A stretch of DNA of 64,000 nucleotides from Phoronis australis (taxonomy: Eukaryota; Animalia; Phoronida): assembly GCA_002633005.1 (NCBI GenBank), contig NMRA01000258.1, positions 186,001 to 250,000 on the forward strand, read 5' to 3'. Below, in pieces: positions 35,544 to 47,195 of the stretch (position 1 is its first letter; every line of letters starts with the position of its first letter). Position numbers and translations under genes: made by a program. Below the pieces are notes generated by a model, which was not told the DNA's origin, did no database searches, and was given only the letters and a program-made list of their open reading frames with translations.

Positions 35544-36853
35544 GAATCCGTTACCTGGAGTACTCCACTGCCACAGCATGCAGGTTTTTGCATTTTATAT
35601 CATGCCAAGTATCAAATATTAAATTTCATATGCTGGGGACCTGTAGAGCGATTGTATTTTGTTAATTCAATTTTATTTTCATCAATTTGAATATGCTTTG
35701 AAGACTCGTTGCTTCTAAATGATCGACTCACGTGGTCTTAAAGATCCTTGCCATAACATGAATTCAGTTGAAGTAAATCTTGTACAAGCACTGAATCTCC
35801 AAAAAAGATTGCATTTAAAAAATAACATTGAATTAACAAGATATTTTTAACTTTTATTAAGACAAGTTTTACGCACCAATAACTTGATGTTTTTATCGTA
35901 TAAAGTTTGCATTGATTTTTCAAATGTCCAATTTTTATAAGTTATCCAATGTCTTATTGAGTTGTATGTAAAAAATCGAATACGACTGATGGCTGTAAGT
36001 CAATTTTTCAATATAGTACCACATGTACAGGAAATATATTTTATGTTATTTTAAATGTCATCTGTCAGCAAGTGCACTCAAGAGTACTATGAGATTTGCA
36101 TGTACATGGACTTTATATTCCAAGTGGTTGTTTAGTCTTTGAATAAACATGCATGGTTTTACTCAAGGTCTGTTGAATGGTTATAGTGTTCACTCGTAAT
36201 CTTCCAGGAAATGTCACTGAAAGGTTGACTTTACTGCAGTTGATTATTTTGTAATCGTGTAAAATGCGTTGCGTGTTTGGATGGCCAGCCGGTAGGGGAT
36301 TACGGATCTCATAACAAAACATTTATGTAATTGCCAAATATTGGTTAAGCAGCAGAAACTAATGATAGACAACAAAATAACATTATGAATGTAACACAGT
36401 GGTGATACAAATTTCAAATTCTCTGAGGAAGAAAAGAGTCCCTCTTCCAGGACAGGCAAAGTTTTAACGCTAACCACATGTGTTGCGGACGTTTTATAAC
36501 AAAAATTTTCCGCAAATGAGTTAAACCTAGGTCTATTAATTTTTCCCACGTCTCCACAAAATGCACCAAGTAAGACTGTCCCCTAACAAGAACATTCAGT
36601 CTTAAACGTATACACATTTCCATGACAATGCTACACGTATACTCTTACATAAACACAACAGGCGTGCGTTCAGTAATGCTAGGAGCTAAGCTAGAACCTA
36701 GCTAAAATCTATCCAAAATCACGTGTTCTCATTTAAAATACACAGCAATATCTCACGTAATTTCTTGAAGTCTTGCTTTTAGCGAGGTCCTAGTGTTACT
36801 GAACGGCAGACAGTATTATTATTGTCCATTGTGCGTCTCCATTACAATATTAA

Positions 36854-37215
36854 TTATACTTCTGTGTTTTCACGACAGAAAGGACTGTCCGACCATGCAG
36901 TTATAGTTAATTGTGTTCTTGTGGGATTCGACAATGATGAAACCTTTTTCGTCAGTTTAAACTTGAGCTGCCGTTTGTTCTTGTTAGATTTTCGGTTGAG
37001 TTTTCTCTTGCCTGCACGGACATTTTTTCTCATAGTTTGCAAATGTTTACCGAGAGTGCCAAGATCCGAGAATACAATGAATCCAATGATGGAGACGAAT
37101 ATCATAACGGGAACAAAGCTGACAACTGCCGCTGCAGGAGCCTCAAGTGGCTCCCGTTGTGGCTTCTTAAAAACGGGCCCATACACCTTGGGTGGGCGTC
37201 TCCTTCTTGGACTCG
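36854..37215 (-). CDS. Gene B terminal exon: PRRRRPPK linker, TM, basic tail
   Basis: TTTTCAG acceptor; [15 protein letters not shown]...EAPAAAVVSFVPVMIFVSIIGFIVFSDL...RENTEV stop. Confidence 0.9.
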
Positions 37216-40200
37216 CTGAAAAAGTTAAAATCTCATCAAGGAAAGAATAATAGTAACTTGTTCTCATCGCTTGTTGGAATTCGTCACTGAAGGGACCGCA
37301 AGTGTTGGCTTTAGTGGTCTCCACTTACTCACATCCACCCACACCCACATACACACGTACCCCAGTTATTGACGTTTTAGTGACATCCCACATACCAAAC
37401 ACGTTCTTATATATATTTTTCGTACTCAACTTACCTAACTCGATGTTTAATTATTTTAGTATATTTGGTAAATTGATATACTAATTCTTGTATACATGCT
37501 TTTCATCTAAGTAAAACATGCTTTTCAACGAAGTGGAAATGTGCTCACGCTTTCAAACATTCATCTGGCGTCCGATTTATGAAGTGACTTCAGACTTAAA
37601 TAAATTTGACATTTAGTCTGACGCTCTACAGAACTATTTCTGTAAAATAATTAAATCGCCTTTGAGCAAAGTGTAAAGTCTCTGATAACATACACATAAC
37701 TGCTAAATACCGAAATGGTTTCTAAGAATTATTTCTAAATTGTGGTGCACTTATGATTACTTGACCTTTTTCAGTAACTTTAAGTGGGAACCTAAGACCA
37801 AATTCCTGTTTTTTCTGGTTAGCAGCTGAACAAAATAATCACGAATTCAGTTCATGGGAAACATTTAGCCTTCGTCGAGCAAACTTAAACAACATGCACT
37901 TACGTATACAGAAATAATTCCACCAAATGAATCCTTTGTCTGCACGAGTGTGTGAACACCCGAATACAACTCTTAGGCGCAAGTCAGCTGTACCGTTACC
38001 AACACAAGAAACATAAGTGGTCGTGACATCTGCAGCTTCAGTGGTAACAACGTTTACATTCTTGATCAGCCAACGTGTTCCGCTAATGGGTTTAACTAGA
38101 ACAGATATTCCCTTGCACTGAAGCATTACAATGAAGCAATAACGAAACACTGTTTACAGTCTTGATTTCGTTTCCCTGTTTTGTCTTGATTTCGTTAGGT
38201 GCATGTACCATCTACCTTCCAGTTGATCATTGTATTTGATATGAAACCGAAAAATTGAAGCAGCGACTTTCGTATTTCCTTGGTGTTGTCAATTGTGTCA
38301 ATTGAAAATGAGGAGTGACTAAACTCTGGTGAGATCACCCAAAATTGATTCTGTTAGTACCACTGTGGGAGTGAGATACAAGTAGTAAGCCAATTGATTA
38401 CGCCCTCATTATGTTAGAAAGTAGACTGTGTGGTTTGAGATCGACGGTCTTCCACAAAGCGGCTGGTTTACTGTTTTAAGCCGTTAGTCACGCTTGTCAA
38501 ATTAGTAGAATTTCCTTTAAAATATGCAACGAACTATTGAAAGTTAACGTCGGTTACGAAAGAGCATATTAGTACTCTTACGGTACTAAAAATACTGAAA
38601 CAGTGTGTTAACCCTAGTACCACAAAGTAACACTAGATAAGTAAAATGCTATTTAAAGAATATTTCTGAGTTTTCACAATGTTTTATTATACATCAAATG
38701 CGTTGAAAACATTGCTTCAGACTTTTCTAGGAACATCGATTAAATTCTCCGCGATTATTGTTGGAGAATACATGTACAAAGACACGGGGATCATTTGGTA
38801 GGTCTACCTGGATCAAAAATCGGAGAGTCCCTTCCCCTTAACCACAAAATTCATCCTCCCTGTTACTGATAATTTCGCTAGAACCCACCCCCTTGCCACC
38901 AGCGATCGCCATCATTGGTCACCACCACTGAGCAGTCGCTAGTAGAGGTCGCCACCAATCTAACCACTGATTTCACCCCTTTACTGTTGCTTTTCCCGAA
39001 TTGATTTTTCCCCGAAATCGGGGGACCAATTACCCCCTCCGCTGCTTAATACATGCCTATAGCTGACCATCGAATCATAAATTGCCGCGAAGGTCATACG
39101 CAAATAGTTCTGGTGACTTAGTTTTTGGGGATGTGTGGTTCTGCTTTAGTGCCCCATGAAAATGATTATCTGCCGGAGGTGGAAATATTGAAGACGATGA
39201 TGGAACCAAGAGTACATGGCTGGGATGACTTCTATATAAATACATGTAGGTGAGGACATGCGGTGTAACACGTTGACACCGCATTGTCGCGATTGAGGCA
39301 CTGGCGTGTGTCAATGATGCGGTTGGTAGATAGGGAGCGCATTTACACATACATCTTAAAATCGTCGTTTTCGATTTAACGTTATCGTTACAATCATGTT
39401 GTTCTCGAAAGTTCTGCAGATTGCCAGTACAGAAATATCCCAGTAGAAGGTTACGACCACAAATTCTTGCAAAACAATTTCCACTGTGTGTGCTTTTGAA
39501 TGTCTGCTCAAATTCGGTTTCAACCCGAGGATTGCGACAGCTTATTGTCTAACAACAGGTTCTACTTTCAGAAGTTATAGCCTAGTTTTGTACATATGTG
39601 GCTCAATATAAACTGCACTCTTGCTAAGCAGGTTACACGTATCCTTAAATGGTGTGAAGGCGTACCACATGGTGAACGTCTATTGGTCACACCTACAGCT
39701 GCATATGAGATTGATAATGTTAACGAGAGGCAAGACATTTGTTGACTTCAAATCAGTCAGAAATCATGAACTTACCGTCCTTGGTGCATGGCTCTTCAGA
39801 TTTTTCGTAGGTCGGCAAGGTTGATGGCTTTGCTGTTTGTCTTCCTCTTGTGATTGTCACTGGTTTTGTGGTTATCACTGCGTAGATAGTTGACGTTGAC
39901 AATGTTCCTTTCTTTTCATGATTAGCACTAATTGACAACGCGGTTGTTTCCACTGAATGAGGGTTCGATGTTGGATGTGTGGTTTTATTTGACTCTGTCG
40001 ATGTCGAAGGATATGTCATTGTTTCCGCTAGCGTTGTGGAAGAAGTTTGCTTTGTCGTTAGCATTGGTTGCGAAGTTGATAGTGTGACTGGTGTTAACAG
40101 GCTGGTTAGTGTCGACTGTTTAAATGTTGTAGGTTTTATGACTGGTGTTGAATGACTAGTTGTCTTCGATATGTGATCGACTGTCACTGATTGTGAGGTT

Positions 40201-43200
40201 ATATTCAAATGTTTTGCCATTTGTTGACTAGTTTTCACCGTGATGGGAGTTGTTCGTGAAGAACTCGTGTGTTGTCTGATTGACGTTTGTTTAATACTTG
40301 ATGGTGGTGTTTGTGTTGCTGTTGTTGGTGGTATTGTTGTTGGTGGTGTTGTTGTCGGTGGTGGTGTTGTTGGGTATGGTGTTGTTGTCGGTGTTGTTGT
40401 TGGTGGTGGTCTTGTTGTTGTTGGTGGTGGGGGTGTTGTTGTTGGTGTTGTTGTTGTTGGTGGTGGTGGTGGTGGNNNNNNNNNNNNNNNNNNNNNNNNN
40501 NNNNNNNNNNNNNNNNNNNNNNNNNNNNNNNNNNNNNNNNNNNNNNNNNNNNNNNNNNNNNNNNNNNNNNNNNNNNNNNNNNNNNNNNNNNNNNNNNNNN
40601 NNNNNNNNNNNNNNNNNNNNNNNNNNNNNNNNNNNNNNNNNNNNNNNNNNNNNNNNNNNNNNNNNNNNNNNNNNNNNNNNNNNNNNNNNNNNNNNNNNNN
40701 NNNNNNNNNNNNNNNNNNNNNNNNNNNNNNNNNNNNNNNNNNNNNNNNNNNNNNNNNNNNNNNNNNNNNNNNNNNNNNNNNNNNNNNNNNNNNNNNNNNN
40801 NNNNNNNNNNNNNNNNNNNNNNNNNNNNNNNNNNNNNNNNNNNNNNNNNNNNNNNNNNNNNNNNNNNNNNNNNNNNNNNNNNNNNNNNNNNNNNNNNNNN
40901 NNNNNNNNNNNNNNNNNNNNNNNNNNNNNNNNNNNNNNNNNNNNNNNNNNNNNNNNNNNNNNNNNNNNNNNNNNNNNNNNNNNNNNNNNNNNNNNNNNNN
41001 NNNNNNNNNNNNNNNNNNNNNNNNNNNNNNNNNNNNNNNNNNNNNNNNNNNNNNNNNNNNNNNNNNNNNNNNNNNNNNNNNNNNNNNNNNNNNNNNNNNN
41101 NNNNNNNNNNNNNNNNNNNNNNNNNNNNNNNNNNNNNNNNNNNNNNNNNNNNNNNNNNNNNNNNNNNNNNNNNNNNNNNNNNNNNNNNNNNNNNNNNNNN
41201 NNNNNNNNNNNNNNNNNNNNNNNNNNNNNNNNNNNNNNNNNNNNNNNNNNNNNNNNNNNNNNNNNNNNNNNNNNNNNNNNNNNNNNNNNNNNNNNNNNNN
41301 NNNNNNNNNNNNNNNNNNNNNNNNNNNNNNNNNNNNNNNNNNNNNNNNNNNNNNNNNNNNNNNNNNNNNNNNNNNNNNNNNNNGGTGTTGTTGGTGGTGT
41401 TGTTGGTGGTGGTGTTGTTGTTGGTGGTGGTGTTGTTGGTGTTGTTGTTGGTGGTGGTGTTGTTGTTGGTGGTGCTCCTGTCGTTGTTATTGGTGGTGGT
41501 GTTGATGATTGTGGTGGTGGTGTTGTCGATGGGTCAGGTTCTCCCGCCGTAGGAATGCATTTACTCCCTCCTTTTCTTATTTTTTTCACATCTTGAAATT
41601 CAGAAAAACTTCATGACATCGTACACACGTTTGATTTAAAGTACAAAAGCAAATGGCAGTTACAGATACAAACAATGAATTATCATGAAACATTCAACAT
41701 GCAGGGTTTTAATGACCACCGCAGTTTAAACTGTTTACGAGTCCAGTGAATGCAAGCACCTTATTTAGTGGCCTCCATTCTAACTCGTATGTCAAATATC
41801 AGGCTCTGTCGAATAGTAAAATCATATTGACGATGATGGTTTTGGGCCAAATTAGTAATAAGAAACGCTGCACAATTTTTGTCAGCATTGAGTATTTACA
41901 TTATAACCTTTCGATGAAAATCACCTTACCATTCTCAAAGAAAATATCCAGCCACCACAAGTATGGTCACAACACGCTGAATGGCAGTCTGGGGTCGGTT
42001 GAGCTCAACCTTTGGGGATAGCTTTGACTGTTTTACAAGTGAGATTTGGTTTAACTGTTCGTGTCACTTGTGACCATGCTTGTTGTGGTAGGATATTTTC
42101 CTTGAGAATGGTAAAGTGATTTTCATCGAAACGTTGGAATTCATAAATATGTAAATGCACAATGATGACAATAAATGTGCTGAGTTTCTTGTTAAAAGTT
42201 TACATTTTTTGAAAAAAAATCAGGAATTATAAAATGTGTTTTATAGACCTATTGATGTGTTCTCATTATTTTTATGCATTAACACTTTCTTAAGTCAAAA
42301 TGTCATTTTTAAGAAAGGTACATTCATACAGTCCCCTGCGTCGATTTTAATGAAACCTTTTCAAATGAAAACTTCAACAGTTACCTCAAAAAATGGTGTT
42401 AGGAATTTTCGATTCGTCTTATAGTTAGCCTGAGGCGAATTAATTAATCACAAGAGCATGGTGTCTATGATGTAAAGCGGCAGATTCTGTGGTGCGCAAA
42501 CAGATCAAGTTGCCCAATCTCGATTGGGTACGATGTCAACGTAAGATTCTTCTCCACATCCAACAACGAGATAGGACGGAAGTAACCAATCTTCACTGAG
42601 CCTTTGTCTTTTGGAATGTACAGCCCTTCCGCCTTTCCCCATCTCCAAGGCAACTCCTTAGAGCGCCAAATCACTCTCATCAGTCTCCAAAGGCGGTGTA
42701 ATAACCTTGGGCACTTCTTATACACGATTTACGGTTGCACGGATGGGCCTGGAGCTGATTTCGACTTGGTGTTCATGACCACCTCCTTGCTATCAAAGAA
42801 CTTAAAATCACCAACCTCCAAAGGTACCTTGGAAATTCCTCTTCATTAATCCACTCAAAATCTCCCAAAGGTTCCTCGCATCGAGTGGCAATGTGAACCT
42901 CCTCCAGATGTCTCTCCTTAGAGCAGCTCAGCTACCCACTTGCCCGTTTCCCAAAAAGCTCCTTCGTGAACTTGTTTGGATTGGACAAAAATTTCTTCCT
43001 CTTCCGGATCTTTTCGAACTTCCTCTTTCTCAGCTGCTCTGCCTTGCTCAAAGATAAAAGTTTACACCTGATCTCCTGTCTTAAATGGGCCAAGCCTCTC
43101 CTCTCATGACCCTCAGCTGTCTTACACTGCCTCTTAAGGTCTCTCAGCTCCACCCATATCTCCGTAATTTCCCTCTCTGTCTTCTGCTAGGCCCTTGCAC

Positions 43201-46200
43201 GGTTGGATTCTTCCTCTGCGCCGCCACACCAAATCGATCTTTGCAAATTGTGTATACCAACTCAGTCAGGGTGATCAGTTCCTTGTGCAGTACCCTTTAA
43301 ACTTGCCTCTAGAACACCATCAAAATCCTTATCCAGAAGACTCCAGGACTTCGAGTAATTGCCTCTTGGCCAAGTAATCGACTCCTTCGTGGCCACGTCA
43401 AATAGTGCTTCAGTTCTTTGCCTCGGAATGCTGTCTGGATCCCGATCGTTACCAGTTTCTGTAAGCCACTGTGACATGGAAAGTAACACAAGCTCAGAAT
43501 CCTGCTCCTCCCTGCCAGATATAAATGCTTCAACACTGTCCCTTCTTGACTTGTCTGAATTTGGTGCCGTGCCGTCGTGTTCAACCTCTGATGTAGCAGA
43601 CGCACTTTCTCCCTCCATCGCTCCATGGGCTTTGAAGATCGACGCTCTGTGGGTTTTACCCTGGCTATCATTTTCAGTCGTCTCACTAGAAGTACTAGTA
43701 TTACCACCTACTAAGCGTTGCCGCTGGAGACACTTCGTCTTTCCCTAATGGATTCTTACCGCTTGAAATTCTTAAGTGTCCTCTCACATCCCGTGAATTC
43801 TCGGTCATCGTTTATCAATGTCGTAGTCCTTGTACTTTGCCGTGTCGTCTTCGTAATAGTCTTGTTGTTCAATGCTGTAGTTCCTGTAACTTACTGAGTT
43901 GATTCCGTAGTATTCTGATCGTTGAGTTCTTCATCCTNATTTTCATCGAAACGTTGGAATTCATATGTAAAGGCACAATGATGACAATAAATATGCTGAG
44001 TTTCTTGTTAAAAGTTTACATTTTCTGAAAAAAATCAGAAATTATAAAATGTGTTTTATAGGCCTATTGATGTGTTCTTATTATTTTTATGCCCTAACAC
44101 TTTCTTAAGTCAAAATGTCATTTTTAAGAAAGGTACATTCATACAGTCCCCTGCGTCGATTTTAATGAAACCTTTTCAAATGAAAACTTCAACAGTAACC
44201 TCAAAAATGCTGTTAGGAATTTTAGATTTGTCTTATAGTTAGTCTGAGGCGATGTAATTAATCACAAGAGCATGGTGTCTATGATGTAAAGCGGCAGATT
44301 CTGTGGTGCGCAAACAGATCAAGTTGCCCAATCTCGACTGGGTACGATGTCAACGTAAGATTCTTTTGATGCTCAGCTGACTGCATGTCATTGGCAGACA
44401 CAATGAGACATATATAGCTCATTAGGCAGATATGTCGGAAAAATCAGAAACTACGAATGAGAACAGATGAGCATGTGCGCGGTATGTGAATGAAACAACT
44501 TTGTTATCGGATTATTCCGACGACGAGGATAAAATGACGGTGACCCACCCGATCGAAGGTGAACCAAGGAATGCATTTCAACTAGTGTTTTGAATTCAAA
44601 GATTTTAGTGCCGTTTCATGAAATGCCACAGCAAGTACAGCTCTTTTATCTGACACCTGACGGAAGGCGGAGGTGTTGAAATTAACCAATGATGTCAGAG
44701 GTTCAATTGCAGCCTGTTCAACAGTTCACAACACGCTTACTTGTATCAGCTTATCGCTTGAATTCATCATTTGATAATGATACGTTAATTAGAGTTAAAC
44801 AATACATACACATCGCATTCTCTGTAAGCTTGTGTGGCATCGACTCATATGCATTAGCCATGTCAAGCCATATCTCTGTAATTTCTTTGCATCTTTGATT
44901 AACTCCGTGATCACACTGTTGTGTTCTAAGCAGCCCGAGTAGCTGGGAATGCTTTCCTTCTGCACTGAGGGGTTGATGTAACTGTTCTCCAACAATTATG
45001 TCGTTAGCCTGTCTGCCAGAACAGCGAAAAGGACTTTCCCCTCCACATCCAACAACGAGATAGGACGGAAGTCACCAATCTTCACTGAGCCTTTGTCTTT
45101 TGGAATGTACAGCCCTTCCGCCTTTCCCCATCTCCAAGGCAACTCCTTAGAGCGCCAAATCACTCTCAACAGTCTCCAAAGGCGGTGTAATAACCTTGGG
45201 CACTTCTTATACACGATTTACGGTTGCACGGATGGGCCTGGAGCTGATTTCGACTTGGTGTTCATGACCACCTCCCTGCTATCAAAGAACTTAAAATCAC
45301 CAACCTCCAAAGGTACACTTGGAAATTCCTCTTCATCAATCCAATCAAAATCTCCCAAAGGTTTCTCGCACCGAGTGGCAATGTGAACCTCCTCCAGATG
45401 TCTCTCTAGCTCCTCCTAAGAGCATCTCAGCTACCCACTTGCCTGTTTCCCAAAAATCTCCTTCGTGAACTTGTATGGATTGGACAAAAATTTCTTCCTC
45501 TTCCGGATCTTTTCGGACTTCCTCTTTCTCAGCTGCTCTGCCTTGCTCAAAGATAAGAGTTTACACCTGATCTCCTGTCTTAAATGGGCCAAGCCTCTCC
45601 TCTCATGACCCTCAGCTCTCTTACACTGCCTCTTAAGGTCTCTCACCTCCACCCATATCTCCGTAGTTTCCCTCTCTGTCTTCTGCTAGGCCCTTGCACG
45701 GTTGGATTCTTCCTCTGCGCCGCCACACCAAATCGATCTTTGCAAATTGTGTATACCAACTCAGTCAGGGTGATCAGTTCCTTGTGCAGTACCCTTTAAA
45801 CTTGCCTCTAGAACACCATCAAAATCCTTATCCAGAAGACTCCAGGACTTCGAGTAATTGCCTCTTGGCCAAGTAATCGACTCCTTCGTGGCCACGTCAA
45901 ATAGTGCTTCAGTTCTTTGCCTCGGAATGCTGTCTGGATCCCGATCGTTACCAGTTTCTGTAAGCCACTGTGACATGGAAAGTAACACAAGCTCAGAATC
46001 CTGCTCCTCCCTGCCAGATATAAATGCTTCAACACTGTCCCTTCTTGACTTGTCTGAATTTGGTGCCGTGCCGTCGTGTTCAACCTCTGATGTAGCAGAC
46101 GCACTTTCTCCCTCCATCGCTCCATGGGCTTTGAAGATCGACGCTCTGTGGGTTTTACCCTGGCTATCATTTTCAGTCGTCTCACTAGAAGTACTAGTAT

Positions 46201-47156
46201 TACCACCTACTAAGCGTTGCCGCTGGAGACACTTCGTCTTTCCCTGATGGATTCTTACCGCTTGAAATTCTTAAGTGTCCTCTCACATCCCCTGAATTCT
46301 CGGTCATCGTTTATCAATGTCGTAGTCCTTGTACTTTGCCGTGTCGTCTTCGTAATAGTCTTGTTGTTTAATGCTGTAGTTCCTGTAACTTACTGAGTTG
46401 ATTCCGTAGTATTCTGATCGTTGAGTTCTTCATCCTAGCCCTCTCGGAGAACTCTGGTTACTTGTAGCAATATAAATGTCAACTGGATGGGCTGCTAACC
46501 CAACCAATCCACTGTCTCTCCAGATTGTCACCCGTCTCTCCAGGTCGCCACTCGTCTCTCCAGGTCGTCACTTGCCTTTCCAGGTTGTCTTCCAGCCTTT
46601 TCCTGGATGTCATTGGACCTTTTTCAGACGTTGAATTACCTTAAATACAGTTGTTGTGTGCTGAATCTCCAAGTGTTTTCATTAGCTAGAATGCATCCTT
46701 ATCGATATTTCGACCCCTAATCTAGAATCATCGATAACTTTAGTCACACTTTCACTACCGCTTCCGGCTTTTTGTTCGCTTCGGCAAATTGACTTAATTT
46801 GAACAAGGAACACGAGTTCTTAAAAACGGTTCAGTAAGATTTCACCGAAACTTTACAATTTTAATATTTATGCGCCAATCTTAAAAACGGTATTAGGATT
46901 TTCGTTTAAACTCCTAGTCTTTGCGTACCATGAAACAGACGAAAACGACTGCAAATTTTTACAAAAATGCCTTACGTTTTGCGAGTTAATTTGGCATATA
47001 AACTTAATTAAAGTAAATAATCAAAAATTCCTAACAGAATTTTTGAAGTAAATTGCGAAGCTTTCCTTTAAAAACGTTTCATTAAAATCGACCGAAGCTT
47101 TATTTTGCTTTGAATGTACCTTTCCAACAATGAAATTATGACTTAAAAGTGATAAC

Positions 47157-47195
<39 letters not shown>

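Noticed and set aside
40240-41596. Long + strand ORFs rich in V/G, L/V or C/W
   Set aside because: Antisense readings of the CCA/ACA mucin repeat, extended artificially through Ns.
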